Positions 14,019-26,900 of a DNA stretch of 64,000 nt are shown in pieces. Each line of letters starts with the position of its first letter. The stretch's first letter is position 1. Source of the DNA: Mobula hypostoma (taxonomy: Eukaryota). The notes under the pieces were generated by a model that was given only the letters and a program-made list of their open reading frames with translations, was not told where the DNA came from and did no database searches. The stretch is from the NCBI RefSeq assembly GCF_963921235.1, contig NC_086108.1, positions 8,494,001-8,558,000 of the forward strand, read 5' to 3'. The position numbers and the translations under genes were made by a program.

Positions 14019-16327
14019 CAATAGACAATAGGTGCAGGAGTAGGCCATTCGGCCCTTCGAGCCAGCACTGCCATTCACTGTGATCATGGCTGATCATCCA
14101 CAATCAGTATCCAGTTCCTGCCTTATCCCCATAACCTTTGATTCCGCTATCTTTAAGAGCTCTATCCATCTCTTTCTTGAAAGCACCCAGAAACTTGGCC
14201 TCCACAGCCTTCTGGGGCAGAGCATTCCATATATCCACCACTCTCCGGGTGAAAAAGTTTTTCCTCAACTTCGTTCTAAATGGCCTACCCCTTATTCTTA
14301 AACTGTGGCCTCTGGTTCTGGACTCACCCATCAGCGGGAACATGCTTCCTGCCTGCAGCGTGTCCAATCCCTTAATAATCTTATATGTTTCAATAAGATC
14401 CCCTCTCAGCCTTCTAAATTCCAGAGTATACAAGCCCAGTCGCTCCAATCTTTCGACATATGACAGTCCCGCCATCCTGGAAATTAACTTTGTGAACCTA
14501 CGCTGCACTCCCTCAATAGCAAGAATGTCCTTCCTCAAATTTGGAGACCAAAACTGCACATAGTACTCCAGGTGTGGTCTCACCAGGGCCCTGTACAGCT
14601 GCAGAAGGACCTCTTTGCTCTTATACTCAATTCCCCTTGTTATGAAGGCCAGCATGCCATTAGCTTTCTTCACTGCCTGCTGTACTTGCATGCTTGCTTT
14701 CAGTGACTGATGTACAAGAACACCTAGATCTCCTTGTGCTTCCCCTTTTCCTAACTTGACTCCATTTAGATAATAATCTGCCTTCCTGCTCTTACCACCA
14801 AAGTGGATAACCTCACATTTATCCTCATTAAACTGCATCTGCCATGCATCTGCCAACTCACCCAGCCTGTCCAAGTCACCCTGCATTCTCATAACATCCT
14901 CCTCACATTTCACACTGCCTCCCAGCTTTGTGTCATTGGCAAATTTGCTAATGTTACTTTTAATTCCCTCATCTAAATCATTAATATATATTGTAAACAG
15001 CTGCGGTCCCAGCACTGAACCCTGCGGTACCCCACTGGTCACCGCCTGCCATTCCAAAAGGGACCCGTTAATCGCTACTCTTTGTTTTCTGTCAGCCAGT
15101 CAAATTTCAATCCATGTCAGTACTCTGCCCCCAATACCATGTGCCCTAATTTTGCCCACTAATCTCCTATGTGGGACTTTATCAAAGGCTTTCTGAAAGT
15201 CCAGGTACACTACTTCCACTGGCTGTCCCTTGTCCATTTTCATAGTTACATCATCAAAAAATTCCAGAAGATTAGTCAAGCACGATTTCCCCTTCGTAAA
15301 TCCATGCTGACTCGGACCAATCCTGTTACTACTATCCAGATGTGTCGTAATTTCATCTTTTATAATTGACTCCAGCATCTTTCCCACCACCGACGTCAGG
15401 CTAACGGTCTATAATTCCCTATTTTCTCTCTTCCTCCCTTCTTGGAGAGGGACAACATTAGCCACCCTCCAATCTACCGGAACTGATCCTGAATCTGTAG
15501 AACATTGGAAAATGATTACCAATGCATCCACGATTTCTAAAGCCACCTCCTTAAGTACCCTGGGATGCAGACCATCAGGTCCTGGGGACTTATCAGCCTT
15601 CAGACCCAACAGTCTATCCAACACCATTTCCTGCCTAATATAAATTTCCTTCAATTCATCCATTACCCTGGGTCCTTTGGCCACTATTACATCTGCGAGA
15701 TTGTTTGTCTTCCCTAGTGAAGACAGATCCAAAGTACCTGTTCAACTTATCTGCCATTTCCTTGTTCCCCATAATAAATTCACCCGCTTGTCTTCAAGGG
15801 CCCAATTTTGGTCTTAACTATTTTTTTTTCCCTTTTCACATACCTAAAGAAGCTTTTACTATCCTCCTTTATATTCTTGGCTAGTATTCTTACCTTCGTA
15901 CCTCATTTTTTCTCCGCGTATTGCCTTTTTAGTTACCTTCTGTTGCTCTTTAAAAGTTTCCCAATCCTCCAGCTTCCCAATCGCCTTTGCTATGTTATAC
16001 TTCTTCCCTTTTATTTTTATACTGTCCATTACTTCCCTTGTCAGCCACGGCCTCCCCTTACTCCCCTTAGGATCTTTCTTCCTCTTTCTTCCTCTTGCAC
16101 CTTCCGCATTATTCCCAGAAACACTTGCCATTGCTGTTCCACTGTCATCCCTGCTAGGGTATTGTTCCATTGAACTTTGGTCAGCTCCTCCCTCATAGCA
16201 CCACAGTTCCCTTTGTTCAACTGTAATACTGACACTTCCGAGTTTCCCTTCTCCCTCTCAAATTGTAGATTAAAACTTATCATATTATGGTCACTACCTC
16301 CTAATGGCTCCTTTACCTCGAGGTCCC
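14019..16327 (-). mobile_element. CR1 LINE, 5'-truncated ORF2 with frameshifts
   Basis: VYLDFQKAFDKVPH, SGVPQGSVLGPQLFTIYINDL, SKFANDTKL, EPLGGSDHN; CR1 3' UTR and short tail at about 14019-14035. Confidence 0.95.
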
Positions 16328-16562
16328 GTGACACAAACAAAAGTCTTTACTCCTCCAGCTGGAGGAACTCAGTGAGTTGAGTACAGGTGTGTGAGAGAAG
16401 TGGGGGTAGAGAAGAGAGAGAAGTTTCTTGTCGAGAGCTTCGTGTCTCCACAACCTTAGTTATATTGGGTTTTTTAAAAAGCCTGACCCAGGAAACTGAG
16501 GATTTAACGAAAGGAAACTGAATGTTCGTCCCTTCAAAGGAAGAGACCATAAACCCACTTTG

Positions 16563-17275
16563 CATGGTCTTTGGAAATGTAATCTGTGACCCTGTGGTCT
16601 TTGGAAATGAATTCAGATCCGAACCAGTGACCCTATGGTCTTTGAAAATGAATTCGGAACCGAACCCATAACCCTGTGGTCTTTGGAAATGATTTGAGAT
16701 CCGAACCAGTGACCCTGTGGTCTTTGGAAGTGAATTGGGAACCGAACCCGTGACCCTGTGGTCTTTGGAAATGATTTGAGATCCGAACCAGTGACCCTGT
16801 GGTCTTTGGAAATGAATTGGGAACCGAACCCGTGACCCTGTGGTCTTTGGAAATGATTTGAGATCCGAACCAGTGACCCTGTGGTCTTTGGAAGTGAATT
16901 GGGAACCGAACCCGTGACCCTGTGGTCTTTGGAAATGATTTGAGATCCGAACCAGTGACCCTGTGGTCTTTGGAAATGATTTGAGATCCGAACCAGTGAC
17001 CCTGTGGTCTTTGGAAGTGAATTGGGAACCGAACCCGTGACCCTGTGGTCTTTGGAAATGATTTGAGATCCGAACCAGTGACCCTGTGGTCTTTGGAAAT
17101 GAATTGGGAACCGAACCCGTGACCCTGTGGTCTTTGGAAATAATTTGAGATCCGAACCAGTGACCCTGTGGTCTTTGGAAATAATTTGAGATCCGAACCA
17201 GTGACCCTGTGGTCTTTGGAAGTGAATTGGGAACCGAACCCGTGACCCTGTGGTCTTTGGGAACCGAGCCCGTGA
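16563..17275. repeat. 41-bp minisatellite (about 17 units, two variant types)
   Basis: GACCCTGTGGTCTTTGGAA followed by ATGATTTGAGATCCGAACCAGT or (A/G)TGAATTGGGAACCGAACCCGT. Confidence 0.95.
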
Positions 17276-18130
17276 TTCTGCGGTTCCTAGGCAGTGTCTT
17301 CTCCGCCGGCACCACCCTCACAACAGGAAAACAGGCAGGCAGTTTGTTGTCGGGGGAGGGGGAGAGAGAGAGAGAGTCGGGACAAACATTTTACCTGCCA
17401 GTGTGTCGTTCTCCTGAGAGGAGACCAATTTCAAACTGGCCTCGAAGCCCTGGCGGACGAGGAGAGTGCAGACCGACTTCTGCTCGCGGGTGCAGTCGAA
17501 GAGCAAACACTGAAGCCCCCCTGAAGCGGAGCCCCCGACCAGAGCCAGGCTACAGCGCGCCAGGGCGCAACAGTGGGACAGGCACGCCGACGAACTGTTC
17601 ACTCGCCGCACATCCAGCAGCTCGGCGCCGTTCTCCAGGCTCTCCGGGTGCAGGGTGAAGCCTTGGGAGGTGTTGAAGGAGCCCACGCATTCCCTGGTCG
17701 GGACGGGGTCGCCCGGAGAAGCGTAGATGAGCGAGACGCAGGTTAACTGCAGGAACAAGGCGAGCAGCGCCATGGGGGCAGACACACACACCTGGATTCA
17801 ACTCAACCTGTGAGACTGGCCAGGAAGAGAAGCGGCGTCTCCACCTCCCGACACCGAAGCCCAATCAAAGTCGCCGGGAAGTCTGCCCTCTCCCTCGCCC
17901 AGCCCAGCCCAGCTCCACAGCAATCTCCACTTCCTTGTCGCCGGGGCCAAGACTCCTCCTGCACCCTTTTCGAGATGATTAATCTTTACCTACAAACACT
18001 TGCCCTTTTTAATCTCTTCTGGCTTTCGACAAAGGGGGGGTCAAAAAAAAATGCAGCCAGTCGCGGAGGGGGGAGGAGACGAGGTTATTTGAACCACCAA
18101 CTTGTTCTTGCGTCACAATGAAGGCCTGTG
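17270..18130. promoter_or_regulatory. CpG/GC-rich island around the MANSC exon (probable promoter/5' region)
   Basis: Locally high CpG and GC content against an AT-rich repeat background; CCAAT near 17860; non-repetitive sequence. Confidence 0.5.
17395..17773 (-). CDS. SPINT2: First coding exon (signal peptide + MANSC domain) of a Kunitz-type serine protease inhibitor, SPINT2/SPINT1 (HAI) family
   Basis: ATG at 17773 in good context (CCCCATGG). Hydrophobic leader MALLALFLQLTCVSLIYA, then the MANSC cysteine pattern C..SLENGAELL..CLSHCC...CSLALV...CLLFDC....SVC....GF. Ends at a phase-1 donor (GCAG|GTAAAA, GT at 17394-17393). A candidate acceptor with pyrimidine tract lies upstream (CTCACAG|G, 17808/17807). 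The spacing resembles fish Spint2 more than SPINT1 or LRP11, but paralog assignment is uncertain. Confidence 0.8.
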
Positions 18131-18289
18131 AGGATTTCTAGACGTCTGTGCTTGTTATTCAAAACTAGACTTCAAAGTTCACAGTATAAATATATCAAAC
18201 TCTCTCCGATCTGCTGGAGGATCGTTAGATCAACAAGTTAATAAAGATTTAGTTATATTTTTTCCTCACCTCTTATGGGTGGTTTGTGA

Positions 18290-18620
18290 GCGTGTACACA
18301 TGCACAGGCCTGGGACTTTGAGGGTTTGGTGCAGTCTCTCTGCTGCTCCTAGTAGTGTGCTCTTCTGAACTGAGATCTCGGATGTTGTTCCCGGGACTTG
18401 TTGGAGCCACTCTCCCATTCCAGGTGTCACGGCTCCAGGTGCTCCTCTCACCACCGGGATTACTCTGGCCTTAACCTTCCACATCCTTTCTATCTGCTCT
18501 TTCAAACCCTGGTATTTCTCCAGCTTCTCATATTCTTTCTTCCTGATGTTACTGTCACTCAGGATTACCACATCTATTACTCTTGCTTTTTCAGTTCCTT
18601 GTCCAGTATAATGCAGACTG
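18290..18620 (-). mobile_element. R4/Dong (Rex6-like) non-LTR 3' fragment
   Basis: VIDVVILSDSNIRKKEYEKLEKYQGLKEQIERMWKVKARVIPVV.GA.GAV..VQKSTLLG. Confidence 0.75.
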
Positions 18621-20863
18621 TACAGCCAAATCAGCTTTGAGATCACTGGCATTACTTTCTCTCCAGCCCTTTACCTTTCCTACCAATCTAGCTTCACCTA
18701 TCACCCTTTAATTGATTTAGATTAGATTATGAGGACACGTAGTCCTCTTTTATTGTTATTTAGTAATGCATGCATTACGAAATGATACATTATTTCCTCC
18801 AGTGTGATTTCACAAAACACAGGACAGACCAAGACTGAAAAAAACTGACAGAACCACATAATTATAACATGTAGTTACAACAGTGCAACAATACCATAAC
18901 TTGATGAAGAAGTCCGTGAGCACAGTAAAGTTCAAAGTCTTTCAAATATCCCACATCTCATGCAGGCGGGAGAAGGAAGAAAAACTCTCCCTGCCATGCC
19001 GACCACAATCCGACTCTGAGTCGTCCGAAAACTTCGAGCTCTGATCAGCTCTCCGACACCGAGTACTGACCGCCATCTCTGTCCAAACAATTTGATCTCC
19101 TATCTGGTCGCCAACAGCAGGCAAAGCCAGGGATTTTGAGGCCTACCCTCAGAAAGATTCCCGACCGCACAGTAACAACAGCAGCGGACGGGCGTTTCAG
19201 AAATTTTTCCAGATGTTCCTCTGTGCTTTCACGTCCATCTTCATCAAATCAGTATTGTCCACGGCCCCTATTTAACAGATACGATATCATTTTTCATCGG
19301 AGAGCTGTGCACGTGCGGCGCGCTGCCATCTCCTCCTGCCAATAAATAAATAAATTATTTATTGAGTTACAGCACGGAACAGGCCCCACTGGCCCTTCGA
19401 GCTGCACCACCCAGCAATCCCCCGATTTAACCCCTGCCTAATCACAGGACAATTTACAATCACCAACTGGTATGTCTTTGGACTGTGGGAGGAAACCAGA
19501 GCACCCGGAGGAAACACACGCGGTCACAGGGAGAATGTAGAAACTCCTCACCGGCAGCAGCAGGAATTGAACCGGGGCCGCTGGAATGGCAAAGCGCTGT
19601 GCCAACCACTACGTAACCGTGCCGCTACCTTCTAGCGATCCTCCTCCCCCTCCCCCTCCATCTTTTTAAACTGGCGCCTCCCCTCCGACACCTTCTCAGT
19701 CCAGATGAAGGGGCTTGACCCAAAATGGCGACTGTTTACTCCTCTTCATAGGTACTGCCAGACCTGCTGAGTTCCTCTAACATTTTGTGTGTGTGCTGCT
19801 TTTAACATCACTGGCATTTGTCATGAAATTTGTTGTTATGCAGCAGCAGTACAAATTGCAATACAAATACTCAAAACTGTAAATTAACTTAAGAATTATA
19901 TATATGAATAAAAGGTACTGAGGTAGTGTTCATGGATTCAATGTCCATTCAGAAATCGGATGGCAGAGGGGAAGAAGCTGTTCCTGAATCGTTGAGTGTG
20001 TGACGTCAGGCTCCTGCACCTCCTCCCTGATGATGGCAACGAGAACAAGGCATGACCTGGGTGATGGGGGTCCTTAATTCAAAGTACATTTATTGTCAAA
20101 GTATGTACGCAGTATACAACCTTGAGATTTGTCTCCCCCCGCAGACAGCCCCGAAAGAAAGAAACACTATGGAACCCATTCAAAGAAAAACATCAAACCC
20201 CCAACGTGCAAAAGGCACAAGAAAACGAACAAAAACACAGAATATAAAACATCAAATCACATATTAATGATGGATGCCGCATTCTTGAGACATCACTCCT
20301 TGAAGATGCCTCAAAAATTCAAAGCGCACTTGTTCTCAAAGTATGCATAAATTATACAACCTTGAGATTCGTCTGCTTACAGGCAGTCGCAAAGCAAGAA
20401 ACCTGAAAGAACTCACTTTAAAAAAAACAACACCAAATGTGCCGAGAGAGAGAGAAAAAACAAATGGTACAAACAATAGAAGCAAATAAAGCATTGAGAA
20501 TGAAAGTGAGCCCATGGATACGAAGCTGGAGCAGACTCACAGTCTCAGGCTTAGTTCTACAGCGTAGTTAAACATAATTGAGCTATTTTAAATGAAGTTA
20601 AGTGTTATTAAGCGGTCAACAAAAAGATGTCTTTCCTGGCTATCTCTAACTCTAATCAACTTGAACACAAAGAATCATTACATAACTAAAACTTTGCACT
20701 TTCACTACGCCCACACACATGACGAACTACCATAATAAAGATAATAAACGCACAGCACAAAAATACAATGCAGACAGAAAATAGATATATGGCTCCTACA
20801 AGTTGGAAAGTGCATTTGAAAGTGAGTCTGTAGGTGGTGGAATCAGTTCAGTATTGAGGTGTG

Positions 20864-21417
20864 TGAAGTTATCCACACTGGTTCAGGAGCCTGATGGTTG
20901 TGGGGTAATAACTGTTCCTGAACCTGGTGGTGTGGGACCTGAGGCTCATTGTGGTGAGTGAAGTTATCCACACTGGTTCAGGAGCCTGATGGTTGTGGGG
21001 TAATAACTGTTCCTGAACCTGCTGGTGTGGGACCTGAGGCTCATTGTGGTGGGTGAAGTTATCCACACTGGTTCAGGAGCCTGATGGTTGTGGGGTAATA
21101 ACTGTTCCTGAACCTGGTGGTGTGGGACCTGAGGCTCATTGTGGTGAGTGAAGTTATCCACACTGGTTCAGGAGCCTGATGGTTGTGGGGTAATAACTGT
21201 TCCTGAACCTGGTGGTGTGGGACCTGAGGCTCATTGTGGTGAGTGAAGTTATCCACACTGGTTCAGGAGCCTGATGGTTGTGGGGTGATAACTGTTCCTG
21301 AACCTGGTGGTGTGGGACCTGAGGCTCATTGTGAGTGAAGTTATCCACACTGGTTCAGGAGCCTGATGGTTGTGGGGTAATAACTGTTCCTGAACCTGGT
21401 GATGTGGGACCTGAGGC
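20864..21417 (-). repeat. 95-bp tandem array (about 6 units)
   Basis: Same unit and junction. Confidence 0.95.
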
Positions 21418-23924
21418 ATAATCCTATGAATAGATTTTTATGATATTATTTATTCATTTATTTACTGAGATACAGTGTGGAAAATGTCCTTTGAGCCATG
21501 TTGCCCAGCAATCCTCGAGGAAGGGGGTGGAGTTTAGGAAGTTAGGCACCTAACAGCAACTCCTTTTCTTGCATCTTTGGAAACAGGTCCATTCCTACCT
21601 TTGATATCTTTTTTCTCCCCCTTTCAAGGTTCTTTTGAAGACCCTGACCTGGAGTTACACGCTGACTTAGGTTCTTTGTGGAAATGGGACCCACCGTCAG
21701 GGCCTCACGGCCAGCCAGTCTTTGCCATGCCGAGGACGAGGCCTGGAAGACTAGCGCGCCTTCAGGGTGCTGGATTTTTGTGGCTCTGGAGACGGGCTGA
21801 TTCAAGGCCGGTGCTGCTGCCTGATGTGTCGTGGGAGAACACGGAAGATCAGAAACGGCGAGCTGGCTGCTGACTGTGTGCCCAGAGACTCAAGTTCATT
21901 GGGCACAGGGCTTGGAAAAAGCGACACAGCAGAAGGTCTATCCTGGGCCCAACATTTTGAACCAATTACAAAGAAGGCACAGAAGTGGCAATATTTCATA
22001 AGGACTTTGAGGCAATTTGGTTTGTCACCAAAGGCTCCAGCAGATTTCTACAGATGTAAGATGTTGAGGTAGAATTCTGACTGATGGCATCACTGTCTGG
22101 TATGGAGGCTGCAACGTACAGGACCGGAAAAAGCTGCGAAAGATTGTGGTCCATCATGGGCACTAGCTTCCCCACAATCAAGAACATCTGCAAAAGGCCT
22201 CAAGATGCGGCCTCCATTGTTAAGGACCATCAAGCATCAGGCCCCGATGGGGCTCTGAAAACCTGTCCAGTTGCATTCGTATCTATGGTGATGAAGTGCT
22301 TTGAATGCTTGGTCATGGCCAGAATCAACTCCTGCCTCAGCAAGGACCTGGGCCCGCTGCAATTTGTCTGTCACCACAATCGGTCTACAGTGGACGCCAT
22401 CTCGCTGGCTCGCCACTCGTTCTTGGGTCACCTCAACAATCGTAATACCTATGTCAGAATGCTCTTTATTGATTAAAGCTCAGCTTTCAACACAATCTTA
22501 CCCCCAGTTCTAATCAACAAGCTCCAAAACCTGAGCCTCTGCACCTTCCCCTTCAACTGGATCCTTAACTTCCTCACCAGAAGACCACAGTCTGTGCGGC
22601 TCAGAATTCACATCTCCTCGCACCTCAAGGATGCGTGCTCAGCCTGCTCTCTCTCTACACCCTCTATCGTGTGGCTAGGCACGGCTCAAACGCCGTCTAT
22701 AAAGTTACCAATGACACAACTACTGATGGCAGAGTTAGAGTATGACAGATCAGCTGATTGAGTGGAACATTGCACTCAACGTCAGCATGACTGAGGAACT
22801 GTTTGTGGACTTCAGGAAGGGGGAATCGAGGGAACAGACACCAGTCCTGGTACAACATCCACCAGTTTCAAGTTGCTGGGTGTCAACATCTGAGGGTCTA
22901 TCCTGGCCCCGACGTATTGAGCAGTTACAAAGAAGGCACAACAGTGGCTGTGTTTCATTAGGAGTTGGAGGACAATTGGTGTATCACCAAAAACACTCAC
23001 AAATTTCTATGGATGTACTGTGGAGAGCATTCTAACTGGCTGTATCACTGTCTGGTATGGAGGGGCCACTGCACAGGACCGAAAGCTGTAGGAAGTTTCA
23101 ACGTCAGCCGGCTCCATCATGGGCTCCAGCCTCCCCAGCACCCGGGACGCCTTCAAACAGCGGTGTCTCAAAAACACAACAAATATCATTCAGGACCCCC
23201 ATCCCCCAGGACGTGCCCTCTTCTCATTGCTACCATCAGGGAGGAGGTACAGGAGCCTGAAGACACACACTCAATGAACCCATGATCACCACCTCACTTT
23301 CTTGCTCTGGTTGAAACATCGACTTTTATTCCCCTCCACGGATGCTCTCTGACCTGCTGAGTTCCTCCAGTATTTCGAAGTTCAAAAATTCAGGGTAAAT
23401 TTTATGATCAGAGTACATATATGTCACCACATACAACCTGAGATTCATTTTCCCGTGGGCAATCTCAGCAAATCTATGGAATAGTAACTATATTACTATA
23501 ATAGTATATTATACTATAATAGTAACAATAAACTGGACTGGTCAAAGGACACTGAGGCTGTCTACAAGAAGGGTCAGAGCCATCTCTATTTCCTGAGGAG
23601 ACTGAGGTCCTTTAACATCCGCCGGACGATGCTGAGGATGTTCTACGAGTCTGTGGTGGCCAGTGCGATCATGTTTGCTGTTGTGTGCTGGGGCAGCAGG
23701 CTGAGGGTAGCAGACACCAACAGAGTCAACAAACTCATTCGTAAGGCCAGTGATGTTGTGGGGATAGAACTGGACTCTCTCACGGTGGTGTCTGAAAAGA
23801 GGATGCTGTCTAATTTGCATGCCATCTTGAACAATGTCTCCCATCCACTACATAATGTACTGGGTAGGCACAGGAGTACATTCAGCCAGAGACTCATTCC
23901 ACCGAGATGCAGTACTGAGCGTCA

Positions 23925-26900
23925 GAGTTACAAAATACACATGGACTAAGATGTTAACTCTCCTGTGCTATCACCAGTGGGATCATCAGTTGATCTGCCA
24001 CCTATCTTCAGGAGTTTCGGTCCGCTTATGATCAAGACTCCCTCGAGGTGGTGGGCCAGCAGTGCTAAAGCACCACCTCCCACTGGTGAGCTTAAAAACT
24101 TGGCATCTGCCTCTATCGGAGTTGTTGGTCACTTCCATCCAACAGATAGTCTGCTCTTCAGGTGTCTATGCAAATACTGAAGGGTTGGCAAGATATGTAT
24201 ACACTGTCTGACTATCTGCCCCTCTGGACGTACTTGGTCCACACCCATGCTGATCCTTTCTCTGCTGCCTCAGCTACAGCCCTGCTGGATGACTTGATCT
24301 CTCTTCTAGTGAAGCCAAGGTCACGCAGCCACTTCTGGAAAGTGAATACAATGAACCCACGGCAGCTTACTTCGAATGGGTAGCATGAGACCTTCCACCC
24401 TCTATCTCTGCACTCTGACCTTAACTCTGCATATTTGGTTAACTTGCGCTCATGGGCTTCGTCGATGTTGTCTTCCCAGGGGACTGTGAGTTCACCAATA
24501 ACCACTTCTCTACTGGTGTCAGACCATACGATTATATCTGGACGCAATGTGGTGAAAGCTATTTGCTCCGGGAAACTGCCTTTCCCGTCCAGGTTGGCCT
24601 TGACACACCAATCATTGGCTGAAGAAAGTATGCTTGATCGTGAGCCTGCGCTGTACACCCTTGTCTTGGAGCCTTTTTTCACAAATGATATGTGATGTTC
24701 TGTGCAGCATGGGGCATGAGATAAGTTGTGCTGCAGTACTCTCTGCTCAACCGCTTCTGTCACAACTTTGAGAACATTGTTATGTCTCCAAGTGTACATG
24801 CCGCTGGAAAGATTGACTCTGCATACATTGAAAATATGTTGAAGTGTTCCTCCTCGCCACAAGCTGCACACCTGTCTGTCTTATCTTCATACCAGGTGCT
24901 GAGGTTGGCAGGTGTTGGGAGCAGATTGTACGCTGCTCTGCATAAAAAAGAAATGCGGAGCGGTTCCATCTGCCACAGAACATTCCAAGGTAGGTGTCGT
25001 TGTTCAACACTTTCCCACCAGGTCTAAGCCCCTTGTTTGGCCGGGCCAGCTGTTTTAGTTAACCTCTTCTCCTCTTCTACCGCTCGTACTTCTTGTGTTA
25101 CAAGCTCACGGCGCTCCTTACCTGTAGAAGATGACCACCACTTGTGGGTTGTCCATCCAAGTCCCTGGCGGTCTAGCTGGATAGCCCCAACCGTCTCCTT
25201 GTGCTTCAATCTGGACTCTGCCTCATCCACTGCTACATGGGCTGACCACTTCCTGCCTGATCTCACATCCGGCTGGGTGTTCTTGATGACAGGGTCTTTT
25301 GAGTCTCGAAGCATCAAGAATGATCTTACCTTGGCTACCTTGACCTCTTCAACAAGGGATTGCACTGGGATGGTAAGCTTTGTCTGGCTACTGTGGATTG
25401 CAACACTGGTGAGGCTGCTCGCTACTCCAAGCCACTTCTTCACATACTTCCGTTCCATTGCCTCAACGTGGGACATTGACACTTCATAGACAGTTAGTGG
25501 CCACATTATCCGTGGCATCAGTCCGTACTGCAAGCACCACAACTTCAACTTGCCAGGCAAGCCACACTTATCGACAGATATCAGACCTCTGCTGATCTGT
25601 TCTCCTGTCTCTTGAACCCTCTTGGTGTCTCTCAGCTCCTCTGTGTACCATCGCCCGAGGCTCTTAACTGGTTGGACCTGAATGGATGGAATCTCCTCTC
25701 CAGAAAGGGTGAAATGAAAGTCAACCAGCTTTCCTCTCCTAAGAACAAGGCTCCTTGACTTCTTGGTCTTGAACTTCATTCTTCCCCAATCCATTAGCTC
25801 CTCAAGTCTAGATAGTACACTTTCCACTGCCTCCGTGCTGGGACCCAAAAGGGTAAGATCATCCATGAACGCTCGTATTGGTGGTAACTCCCCTCCGCCA
25901 TCATGTGCGACACCTGGTCCCACTGATTCTGCAGCCCTCACAATGACCTCCATGGCTAACACAAAAAGGATGGGTGAAATCGCACATCCCATTGGGATTC
26001 CAACATCCAAGCTCTGCCACCTAGTTATAAACAGCTGAGTGGAAAACCTCATCCGGAAATCGTTGTAATACTGCATAACAAAGTTCCTCACCTTAGCAGG
26101 AATCCATAGGAATTCCATCGCAAACTCAATCAGGACATGGAGAACAAATCCATACACATTTTCCAGATCAAGCCAAACTACAGCCAGATTTCTTCTCAAC
26201 CTTTTCGACTCCTGGATGGTATGTCATATCATACTAGAATGTTCAAGGCATCCCGGGAAGCCTGGTATTCCTGCCTTCTGCACAGATGTATTTACTAATC
26301 CATTCCCTATCACAAATGAAGATATTCTTTCTGCCAGAATGCCAAACATAATCTTCCCCTCTACCTTCAGGAGTGAAAATGGTCAGAACTGATTCAATGT
26401 AGAAGAATTCTCTTCCTTCGGGATGTATACTCCTTCAGCCTCACTCCATGACAAAGGAACAACACCTTGTCTCCACACCACCTTTAACAATCTCCACAAG
26501 TATTTCCTCAGCTCCTCACACTTCTTGAACACCTTATACGGCACTCCATTAGGTCCTGGCACTGAGCCTGACCTTGCCCTTCTGATGAACTGTTCGACTT
26601 CTGCCAGTTTGGGTTCTGACAGATCGAAATTCACTCCTGGCTTGGTAGGCTTCACAAGCCCTGAAATGTCAAGCAAAGGAGCCTCCCGCTGTTCGTTCGA
26701 GTAAGTGCTTGCCAGCTGATCCTCAAGTTCTTGTTGAGAGATGTTAAGCTGCCCGCTCTTACTTTGTTCAAACAATTTCTTTGTGAACTAGTGAGGGTTC
26801 TCAAAGAACGACTTTCTTGCCTTCTCTCTCTTCTTTCTCTTTTTACGTTGTGACTCCGCACGACGGAGTGATGCTAACTTTATTCAAAAATGCTCTCAGA

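Noticed and set aside
16347..17321. 324-aa repetitive ORF
   Set aside because: Stop-free translation of the 41-bp minisatellite within an intron.
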